DNA from: an uncultured Methanosarcinales archaeon
GTDB lineage: Archaea > Nanobdellota > Nanobdellia > Woesearchaeales > JACPBV01
Assembly (NCBI GenBank): GCA_964577685.1
Contig: CAZNZT010000007.1
Location: 49,380-69,379, forward strand
Direction of reading: 5' to 3'
Length of the DNA: 20,000 bases
The notes under the pieces were generated by a model. It made no database searches. It had not been told where the DNA came from and saw only the letters and a list, made by a program, of their open reading frames with translations. The translations under genes were made by a program, and so were the position numbers. Positions 7,801 to 19,800 of the stretch are shown here, one piece after another (the stretch's first letter is position 1; each line of letters opens with the position of its first letter).

Positions 7801-10800
7801 TAATAATACAGGCATTAACGAAAATTTAACTAATTTTGTTGTTATGGTGAGATTAACTCCTACCAGAATAAATTATTCTGAGATTAAATCTGATGGTTCT
7901 GACATTCGCTTTATTGATTCTGACGATTCAACACAACTTTTTTATGAGATTGAGGAATGGAATTATAATGGAGATAGCATAATTTGGGTTAAAGTTCCTA
8001 GGATAGATGCAAATAATGATTCTGATTTTATCTATATTTACTATAATAATTCTAATGCACCACCAGGAGAAAACGCCACAGGAGTCTGGAGTGATTATTA
8101 TGCTGTCTGGCATATGACTGAAGTAAATGCTAGAGACTCAAGTCCGAATGGATATAATGGCAGTGCAAATGCTGGTGTTAGTTTTACTTCTTCTGGAAAG
8201 ATAGATGGAGCAGATAACTTTAATGGTAATGGGTATATAGGAGTAAGTGGGTTTCCAAACATACAATCAAACTTTACAATAGAGGCCTGGATTTATACTA
8301 ATAATAATGCAGAATCAGGACAAAGAATATTTTGTGATGATGAGAGCAATTCGGGTGGTTACGCACTTTCATTAGGAGACCCTGGAACAGGTGCTTTAAG
8401 ATTTTATTCTAGGAATATGGATTCTATCATACTAGACACCAGCACAGGGGTAATCTCAAATAGCCAATGGTATTATGTAGTAGGGGTTGCTGACAGAACA
8501 AATGAGGACAGGATTATCTATGTTGATGGCGTTGTTAAAGCAAGTGACTTAACTGATACAGGGACATGGGGTATAGATACAGGTATGGCCTCTATTGGAG
8601 GAGAAACAGACTCAGGTGAAACAGGCAATAGATTTAATGGTATACTAGATGAAGTCAGAGTATCAAAGAAGGTAAGAAGCCAAGATTGGATTAATGCATC
8701 TTATTTAAGTATGAAAGATAGTTTTGTTATTTTTGAAGGTGAGGAAAGTGCTACCCCCCCTGTTATAACTAGTGTTTCTGTTATACCTGCTAGTCCTTTT
8801 GATAATCAGAATCTTAATTGTAGTTTCATTGTAAATGACCAAGATGCAAATGAAACTCTATATGCGAATATTACTTGGTATAGAGATTCTGTGCGTGTAA
8901 CTGACTATGATGTTTATAACTTAAATGTTTCTGCTCAGGGGACTTTTTATACTAATATTTCAGTACCTAATAATGCTACCTCACCAGGAGAGAATTGGAC
9001 TTGTTCTGTAGTAGTTTGGGATAAATATGAATTAAAGACAAGTGTTAACGGGAGTGCTACGATAAGTGACTCCCAGCCATGGTGGAATGGTTCATGGCTT
9101 TATAGGAAAAGGATTGTTGTTACTAATAATTATGGGTCTGTTTTGCCTGCGAATTTTACAGTGAAAATTTCTTCTGATGATTTGGGAATAAAGAGTTTAA
9201 TAAATGAAGGTAAGGTAAGGCAGGATGGAGGTGATATAAGGGTCGTTTATAACAATAGCAAGGAAGTAATACATGTTTATGATGATTTTGAGGGGAGTAT
9301 CTACTTTAAGACAGGCTCTTCAATGGAAGCCAATTCTACTGCGATTTATTATGTTTATTATGGGAACAGCAATGCAACATATAATCAATCAACTTACGAG
9401 CATTTACTTTTTACATATTACACAAAGCAGGTGGATAGCAGTAATAATGGTGATAACATAGTAATAGCAGCATATGGGAATTCAAGCCATGAAACAATAT
9501 TTGAGGTTAAGGGGACAGTAAGTCAGGATGGAAATTACTCTTTGTATGGAAATCAGTACTATGAGTGGACTGATCAGTATTCTTCAGGGGCAAGTGTTGT
9601 AAGGATAAGGTCAAATAAGCCTTTGTTTGTTCAGAGTGGCATGCCTATTTCCGATGACAATAGAGAAGGAATTTCATTTGCAACATCCTTGGATGAGATT
9701 GGTGATTTAGGCAAAGAATATGTTTTTACTACTTATGGTTCTAATGATGATACATATCCCGGTGATCCTCATACGGACAGGATTATTTTGATTGTAAATC
9801 CAAGTGAGACAGAGGTTGTGAAGTATAGTGTAGAGAAACAGAATGGAACATCTATAGCTACAGACCAGATATTATATCCTGGGTCATTTGTATTCTATGA
9901 TTCTGGGGATGGTGTTACAGCAGGTGTGTATAAGGTGCATGCTAATAATACAATTTTTATTGATGCAAGAATGGCAGATAGTGTGCAATCAAGGGATATT
10001 CATAGTTATGTTCCACCTGTCAATGGAACCAGACTAGGGACATTGTTTTATCTTACAGAACCAGCTGGGATGTATTTGATTAATCCTAATGATGGAGATG
10101 CTCTTGTTAATGGGACTGATCTTACAGATGGAACTAATAATTTTTCAGAAGTTGTTGGAGCACATAGTTATGTTTTGAGGGTAGGTCCTACGGATGATTC
10201 AAACCATGTTTTTAGTGTAGAATCAAATGTTTCAATAATTATTGGGTACGGTAGTTCTGCATCTTCAATAGGGGATGCTGGTGACTTTGTTCCAGACCAA
10301 CACACAGGAAGACTTACCGGTCAGAATTTTACTTTTTTAAGTGATCCTGGGGGAGGTGGAGTAAGGCAAACAGCGATTGCATTGTTTGATAGCACTACTG
10401 TGACTTGGTATGATGGGACAACTACAACTTTAACGAATGCAGGCGATTCAGCACAAGATACTTTTGATATAGCAATTGCTTTAAGGGAAGTTTCTGCTAA
10501 TAAACCAATACAGCTTGTTACAGAATGGCGGTATAATAGGGGGGATGGTGTAATGTATTCCTTGCCTATGGAACTAGAATGGGGGGAGGCTCCTAGCTCG
10601 TTTATTTCTTATTCTGAGCAATCAAGGATAGCACCAACAATAAGCTTAGAGTTTCCTTCTGATAATAGCAAAGAAACCCAAAATAAGACTCCAACATTTT
10701 ATTTTAATGTAACGGGTAGTGTTGATAGTTATAATTGTACTTTGTATTTGGATAATGGAACTGGGGCTGTTGTTTATGCTAATAATGAATCTACATCTGA

Positions 10801-13800
10801 TGGTGTTTCAACATCCTTTACATTAACTGTAGAGCTTCCGAATTTACAATATTATTGGTTTGTGAATTGTTCTGATGGTATTAAGACAAGTATGAGTTCT
10901 GTTTATAACCTTAGTATGTGGGTTGACTATAGTCCTAGTGTTGTATTGAGTCTTCCTGAGAATAATTCTTTTGAAACTAGTAGTATGGTAATCTTTAATT
11001 GCTCTGCAGATGATGATTTTGATATAGTTAATGTTAGTTTATATACCAATCTTTCTGGTGGTTTTTCGGTTAATCAGACAAAGACCTTTACAGGCAGTTC
11101 TGACACTAGCGTAGTAGCTATTTTTAATATTACATTCAATAATGAGAATGATTTTATATGGAGTTGTTTGGCCTATGATAATGGTTTGTATGATATAGCA
11201 CCACAGTCTAGTTTTGCAACAGAAAACAGAACAGTTAGAGTTAGGTTTCCAGTTGCTTCCTTTACGGATATAACATCTTCTACTAATTTGTCAAACAGAA
11301 CGACAGGCATAGGCGTTTGTGTAGAGGATTACAATCAAAACGGATTCTTAGATGTTGCTCTTCTGGGAGATGATGAGGGTAGTGTGAATCTATTTAATAA
11401 TACCCTTGGTACTAATTTTAGAAATGATAGTAATGCACTAAGTAGTGGCTCAAATCTAGGTGGTCGTGGTTGTTCGTTTGGGGATTACAATAATGATGGT
11501 TATGGTGATTTTATAACAGCAAGTGATTTTATTCTTTATAAGAGCAATGGAGATGGGACATTTAGTTGTGCAGATAGTAAGGGAGATAATGCTTGTAGTG
11601 GGAATATCCTGCCTACTACAACATTTGCTACAAAGGGAATTCAATTTTTTGATTATAATAATGATAGCTTTTTAGATATTTGGGCTCCCGACAGTATAAA
11701 TGGTCCGGTAATATTTACTAATAATGGGAATGGGACTTTTTCAAGTTTAAGTTTAGGTTCACAAACGCCAGATGGATATTCTGTCGTAGTTGATTATGAT
11801 GGAGATAATGACCTTGATTTATTTGCCGTGGATGGAACAAGCCATATAATCTTTAGAAATGAGAATAATGGTAGTTTTACATATATTAATCCATCTGATA
11901 TTGGTTTACCTACCCAGGTAAGAAGTTCAGCAAAAGTAGATAATTTCACATGGGGTTTTGGTGATTATGATAATGATGGAGATTTGGATGTATTTATAAC
12001 AGCTACTGGGATATTAGAAAGAAATTTCTTTGAGAATAACGGAAACGGGACATTTACAGACAGAACAGTTGAAGCAGGGTTGCCGACAAATGATTTAGGA
12101 ACAAATCCAGTTTGGGGGGATTATGATAATGATGGCTACTTGGATTTATTAATAGGTGGAGTTGGTCTTTATAGGAATAATGGTGATAAGACTTTTACAG
12201 ACAAGACCTCAGATGTTGGTTTAGTAACAGTACCAGATTCTGCTGAATTTTTTGATTATGATAACGATGGGGATCTTGATATTATAGGCCAGACTAAAGA
12301 GGGCAGGACTATATTATATAGGAATGATTTAGACAACCTGGATTATCTTAAGATTATTGTTAAAGGATTAGGAAACAAATCATACTATAATTTTTCTAAT
12401 AGGGATGCGATTGGTGCTAAGATTGATGTTTATGATTCTTCCAATAGTCTGGTTTGTCATAGGGAAGTTAGTGGGGGAGAATCATATAGTCAAGCACCAA
12501 AAATGCAGCACTGTGGTTTGGATTATACCTCGGAATATTTAGTGAATGTGACATTTCCATCTGGTGTTACCTTTATAAGGAATGTTACTCCAAAGTATGA
12601 GCAGATTACTATTGGTGGGAATATATTAAGCCATACTATTGAGGTTAATGAGGTTGATGCAGGACCAACTACAAGCTTGGTTTCTCCGCCTTTAAATGCT
12701 GTTGATGTAGATGGGGATGTTACATTTACATGTTCTGCAATAGATAATATTGATTTAGTTAATATCAGTTTGTTTACTAACATTTCTGGAACCTTTAGCA
12801 TAAATCAGACAGTAAACTTCACAGGTGGGTCAGATAGAAGTAACACAACAACCTTTACCATAACTGGGATTCCTACTGGTACTGTGTTTGTTTGGAATTG
12901 TTTGGCTTATGATGCAGGTGGTAGTTCTGATTTTGCTGATGTTAATCACACCGTAACGATTACAACAGGAACGATTAATGTGAATGTTACGCCAGATAGT
13001 ACTACTTATGGTACAGGTGATGCTGCTGTGATTACAGTGAACACAACAGACAATACTTATAGTCCATTGGAAGCAAATATTACTACAGATATAATCTTTG
13101 GAAATGCAACTTATCTCTGGTGGAATACAAGTTGGCTTTATAGGAAGCCCATTATAGTAACGGAAAATAGTGGTAGTAATCTAATAGAGTACCAAATAAA
13201 TCTTACTATTGATACAAGCAGTCTTATCTCAGAAGACAAATTGAATGCTAATTGTTCTGACTTAAGATTCACTAACAGTTCTAATGATTTAATTGATTTT
13301 TGGATTGAAAGTGGCTGTAATACAACCTCTACTGTAGTGTGGGTAAAGATACCTTCTTTACCTGCGGATTCAAATACTACTATTTATATGTATTATGGAA
13401 ACAAGAATGCAACATCCCTTAGTAATGCAACGAGAACTTTTTCTTATTCTTCATTAAAGGGGGTGATGTATGTTGTTAGTAGCGTTATTGATTCTTCCGG
13501 TAATGTAGATATTGTCAGTTTTAGAGATAATAATACGGTTAGCAATGGCACTTCTAGTATTGATGTTAATGAGTCCGACATAGCATCCTTTTCAAACACA
13601 CAGGTATCTCAGAATAGTGCTATATATGGTTTAAAGCCTTTTTTTGCTTCTGGTGATGTTAGTGGTACTGATGCATTGGTTCCTATTTCGTTTGCTTCAA
13701 GGCAGTTTATTTATTCAGTTGGTAGGCGTACTGATAGATGGCATGTTTATAGTCCGTTTGGAGATGCTAATGTTTCTATATATGATGGGAATGATGGTGC

Positions 13801-16800
13801 TGGTTGGACATTGGTTGATAGTCCATTTACAGTGAATCAGGGCTCTGCAATTACAGTGATTAGGAATATTGCTAATACTGATTCTTCTACTGATACACCT
13901 AGTGCAGTGTTGATTAATTCTACACACCCAATTTTAGTAACTCATGATACAAGCAGGGGGACAGATGCTTTTGTATTATATCCTCCTTCCACAGACTGGT
14001 GGGGCGTTCCTGGGACTAGATTTGATATAGGCGTTCTTGAGGATGAGACAACAATAACCATCTTAGAGAGTGATGGAACTAATACCACTATTCTTTATAA
14101 TAGTAGTCAGGATTACCATATAAGTGGTTTATCTGAGGATGGAGCAGGTACAGCTTATCATGTAATATCTGATAAGCCTATAGGTGTTACTCAAGTATCT
14201 GATGGTGATGGTTCTGAGACGACAACATTCTTACCAGAGTCAGAATTGGATAATGAATATTATATTCCACAACAAGCAAGTTATATCACGGTAGCTTCAA
14301 CTAAGCCATATACTAATTGTACAATCTACAGAGCAGATGGGTCTGTTCTTACTACTTCTCTAACTACCCAGAATCAGAATTATCCTTTCCCAAGTAAGTG
14401 GTATTATGGTTCAGATGAAGGAGGGGATATTCCTGCTGGTTCAAGGCTTATCTGTAATGCTACTGTATTTGCATATTATGAATTTGTTACAGCAGCTGGT
14501 GGTCAGAATGATGATGAACATAATTTGTTGGGTAGGAAAGCGATGAGGCAATATGTATATCCTGGACCAACTTCTGCTATTGAATTTGAACAAATGTTTG
14601 TTCAGAGGGATATAAATCAAACAAACACTAATGGATTGTATAACTTTACCTTTAATACAACAGGTCATTATATTGGTGATTATTCTGCTGTTAGTTATGC
14701 TACTAAAAAAAATTATTTAGATGGTTATGATTATGCTTTTTTTACTATAGTTTCTGGTGGGGAATATCCAATAATAACTATCGTACATCCTTTAAATGGT
14801 TCTACAATAAATGAGGATTCTGTTTATCTTAATATTACAACAAGCAAAGATGCTACTTGTAAGTATGATACTAACAAATTGTTTGATTATGACACCCAAG
14901 GTACTTTGTTTGATGTTACTGGTGGAACAACGCATAAAGCAAATCTTGGTAGTTTATCGGAGGGGAGCTATACCTATTATATAAAATGTAGAGATTCTAT
15001 TGGTAATACGAATGATAATTCTAATCAGGGTTCTACAACATTTACAGTTGATAGGACTAACCCCACAATTCAATTGAATAATCCATTGGACAATTCTAAT
15101 CAAACAAGCTCTGCAATTACTTTCATTTGGACAGCGGATGATAATATAGACGACACTTTATTATGTGATTTAACTCTAAATGGACAGGTTGTAGCTTCTA
15201 GTGTTTCTTCAGCAAAAGGGTCTCAGACCACTTATACAGTCAAAGATATTACTAATGGCAATTATACCTGGAATGTTAGTTGTTTTGATAATGCTAATAA
15301 CTATAATACTAGTGTTACCTATTCCTTTTCCCTTGAGATTATTGACTTGGTTATTGATGTAAAATCAGAGAACAAGAGTTATAAACAAAATAGGGATGTT
15401 AAATTAACACCGTCTACAGTTTGGAGTTCTGGTGACAAGGAAAGTGGTGTAAAACAAGCAAAAGTTGATTCTCGTTTCGCTGGTGAATTCGGTTTTTATG
15501 AGGATATCAGTACACAATGGACATGGGTTCCCTTCACTCAGGAATTTGCGGAAACTCCTGTTGTGATTCATACAACAGAGATTGATGGCTTTGATTATAA
15601 TGGAGAGTCTGGAGGTAGTGGCGATTATGTTTGTTTGACTAGAATAAAGGGCGTAAACAGAAGTGGTTTTTTTGTAAGGCTTGATGATTGGGACAATAGG
15701 GCGAGTTATGATGATCCATGTCCTTCTGGTGGTGTAACAGGAATAAATGTTCAGTTTGTGGCTATGGTGCCTGGTAATTATTATCTCTCTGATAATACAA
15801 CGAGAGTAGAGGTTCATAATGTCAGCAGGGATGGTACAACTGGTTGTGCGTACGCTGGTAGTTGGAGAAGGGATGGAGCTAATCTTAATTACGCTAGTTC
15901 ATTTGCCTTTACTCCTTATGTTTTTGCTTCTGTTCAAACAGCGAATGATGATGATGAAATTAATACTGTTGTGAGGGGGTGTAATGTTGATCAGGCTAAT
16001 CCTGATACAGAATATGATGGTTCTTGTGTTATGGTAGCACTTAATGGTATGGAACCATCCTCTGGTGATGTATGTTCTGTCCATACAGCTAATGAGACAA
16101 TAGGTGTTCTAGTTTGGGGTATAGATAGCAGTCAATCAGATAACCCAGACAATGGGATGGTAGGAGATGGAGATAATGTATGGAAATGGAGTGCTGTAAG
16201 GTCTAGTGATGAGGTACGTGGGGCAGAGAATGATCCAGCTCCTATGAATAAGTATCCTACAAGCTATGATAGTTCTTTCGGAACAGATGTTGTTGCTGTT
16301 GCCTCTGGTGTTAAAGTAGATGGGTCTGATGGTTTTGTTCCTGTGATTGATATTGATACAGCTAATGATTTAGTTTATCTTATAGCTATGGAGGATGAAA
16401 ATAGTGATGATGATCAGTCTCATCCAAAGGAGGTTATGAAAATCTTGGTCTTTAATGATTCTTCTGGCTATATCTATAGTAATGAAACAATGGGTGGGAT
16501 TGACTTGAATACATCCTTTTATGATTATAACTTTTCTGGTCTTAATTTTACTGAGTTATCTTATATTGAGTTGAATATAGAACTAAGTTACTATAATGCT
16601 TCTGTTTCTTCTAGATTAGGCACAGCTTATCCGGATTTAGAGGTTAGGGTTTATGATGGAAGTGATTATTCATATTCTTACTTTTGTAATGCTTATGGTA
16701 CCTATGGAGTAGATGGCAATTATAGTTGGAACTGCTCAAAGGAAATTACAAATAATACTATTCTGAGAGCATGGAATGATTCCAATAACAGGAAGATAAG

Positions 16801-19800
16801 GATAAGGGGTGTTTATTTGGATGGTTCAGGAGATGAATATGATATAATAAATTGGAGTGGTGTGTATGCTGATTTGTATTTGCCATCCAGATTTGACAAT
16901 ATTGGGCCTACAGAATTAACCGGGAATTTACTATTGCAGGTTCTGGTGAATGATAGTGGCTCTTTTGTTGAATTTTCTACGATATACAATAAGACAGTTT
17001 CAATAGCTCCGAATGAGTCTATTGATATAGCACATCTCTGGAATTATGGTGGGTCTTGGAAATATAGTAATTGGGAGTATAGGAAAAATATTACAATCAA
17101 CAGCTCAATGGTTAATGAGGATTTAATTGATTTCCCATTGTTTTTAGAACTTAATTCATCTAACTTTGATTTTTCTAAGGCAAAATCTAATGGAGAGGAC
17201 TTAAGATTTGTGGGTTCTAGTGGTAATGAGCTGGCTTATGAAATTGAAAAATGGAACTCAACAACGCAAAAAGCAGAAATTTGGGTTAAGGTGCCTTTTA
17301 TTTCCTCTTCCAGCGATACAGAAATTGTGATGTACTACGGAAATCCAAATGCACCACCAGGAGAAAACGCCACAGGAGTCTGGAGTGATTATTATGCTGT
17401 CTGGCATATGACTGAAGTAAATGCTAGAGACTCAAGTCCGAATGGATATAATGGCAGTGCAAATGCTGGTGTTAGTTTTACTTCTTCTGGAAAGATAGAT
17501 GGAGCAGATAACTTTAATGGTAATGGGTATATAGGAGTAAGCGGGTTTCCAAACATACAATCAAACTTTACAATAGAGGCTTGGGTTTATACGAATAATA
17601 ATGCAGAACCAGGGCAAAGAATATTTTGTGATGACGAGACTTATTCGGGTGGTAGTTCAGGTGGTTATGCATTATCATTAGGAGACCCTGGGGCAGGTGC
17701 TTTAAGATTTTATTCTAGGAGTATGGATTCTATCATACTGGACACCAGCACAGGGGTAATCTCAAATAGCCAATGGTATTATGTAGTAGGGGTTGCTGAC
17801 AGAACAAATGAGGACAGGATTATCTATGTTGATGGTGTTGTTGAAGCAAGTGACTTAACTGATACAGGGACATGGGGTATAGACCCAGGTATGGCCTCTA
17901 TTGGAGGAGAAACAGACTCAGGTGAAACAGGCAGTAGATTTAATGGTATATTGGATGAAGTCAGAGTATCAAACAAGGTAAGAAGCCAAGATTGGATTAA
18001 TGCATCTTATCAAAATCAGAGATTTCCTTCTACATTTTATTCTTTTGAGCCAGAGGAAAAGCCCAGCAGATTTAATACGGACAACAATCCCTTAGGGACA
18101 TATTTAGTTTATGCAGCGTTAGTTGATTCTAATGGAAATGTGATTCAAAATGGTGATGGTTCTTATATTGAGGATAATTATAGTTTTGTTATTGATTATT
18201 TGAGAATAAACATAACCTCTCCTTTGAATAATTCTGTCCATGATGTGCAGGGGTTTTATGTGAATGTTAGTTTACAATATAAAAGCTACCCAAGCGGGGG
18301 TACATGTTATTATTCTATCGACTCTGGAACTAATGTGACTATGGATAATATCTCGTCAGTTGAATTTTCTAAACATACGGGTACTCTTTCATTTGGACAA
18401 CATTACATTCAATTTTTCTGTAACGATACTGGGGGGGAGTTTTCTTATTCTTATGTGTATAATTTTACAGCAGAAGATTTAATAGCCCCAAATGTTACGA
18501 TTCTTACTCCTGCAAACAATAGTGAAGAGCCAAATGGGAATGTAAGCTTTGTTTATAAAGTGGAGGATATATCCTCAAATATTTCTAATTGTACATTGAT
18601 TTTTGATTTCTTTGATAATGAGACAAGTTCTGCTATACAAGAGGGTATAAACCAAACATTTAATCTTACGGATATAAGCTTTGGGCAACATAGATGGCAA
18701 GTAAAATGTGTTGATAATTCCTCTAATCATAATATTGGTTATTCTGAGGAGTCTGTTTTTTTGGTTGGTTATGATACTTCTCCACCAGTTATTACTCTAT
18801 TAGAGCCAGAAAATAATACTTATACACAAAATAATGATGTTGTTTTCAAGTATAAGGCTTATGATCAGCCCGTTGCTGATAATATAGACAATTGTAGTTT
18901 GATTATTAACGGAAAGATAAATCAAACCAATAGTTCTATTAAAACCCAGGCTGGTGAGATAAATAGCTTTGTATTAAATAACCTGCCAGTGGCACAGTAT
19001 AATTGGAGTATTAATTGTACTGATGGAGCAGTAGCTCATAATGTAGGTGCTTCAGATACATTTAACTTAACTATTGGTGAAGATACAGATTTTCCTGTTA
19101 TTACTTTAATTTCTCCTGATAATAACTATACGGATACTGATGGGAATATTGTTTTCTACTATAATGTTAGTGATGCTTCAGGAGGGATTGCTAATTGTAC
19201 AATCTACATAAATGGTACTATGGATGTACAGGATACATCTACTACTGTAGAGGAGGATACACCCCAATCATTTACAGTTAATGGATTAGTTGATGGAAAT
19301 TATAGTTGGCAGATAAATTGTACTGATGATAGCTTCCAAGCAAATTCAAATGGTTCTGAAATTAGACATTTTAATGTCAGTATAGTGTATGGTGTAAATG
19401 TAGAAGTTTCTTCGAGGAATGTATATGAGAAAGGGACAGAGGTAAATGAGACAATAGTTATCAATACAACGACAAAGGACGAGTTGTATCAGCCTATCAA
19501 TACAAGTGTAACTACATATATAGTTAATACTGATTCTTGGTTTGACCCTAGATGGAGATACAGGAGGCAGATAAACATAACAGAAACAACTGGCTCTGAT
19601 TTGGTTGATTATCAGGTTAATCTTTCTATTGATACACAGACCTTGATTAGTGAAGGGAAGATGAATGCTGATTGTTCTGATCTTAGAGTCACAAAGGGAA
19701 ATAAATCTGAGTTAAGCTATTGGATTGAGAATATTAGCTTGTGTAATACTAGTTCTACAATTGTGTGGATAAAAACTAATCTAACAGCATCTTCTGTTAA

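Noticed and set aside
5417..16084. All short ORF-track entries inside the giant gene (e.g. 5417-5848, 6775-7179, 9273-9461, 13644-13835, 15404-15817)
   Set aside because: Antisense or off-frame shadows of the continuous giant reading frame, with no protein-like motifs.
8054..18010. Canonical diversity-generating retroelement TR/VR pair
   Set aside because: 14 of 25 differences are at non-adenine positions and many are synonymous. Both copies are coding, ~650 bp is long for a TR, and no reverse transcriptase is in the window. Only the residual A bias is kept as a low-level finding.
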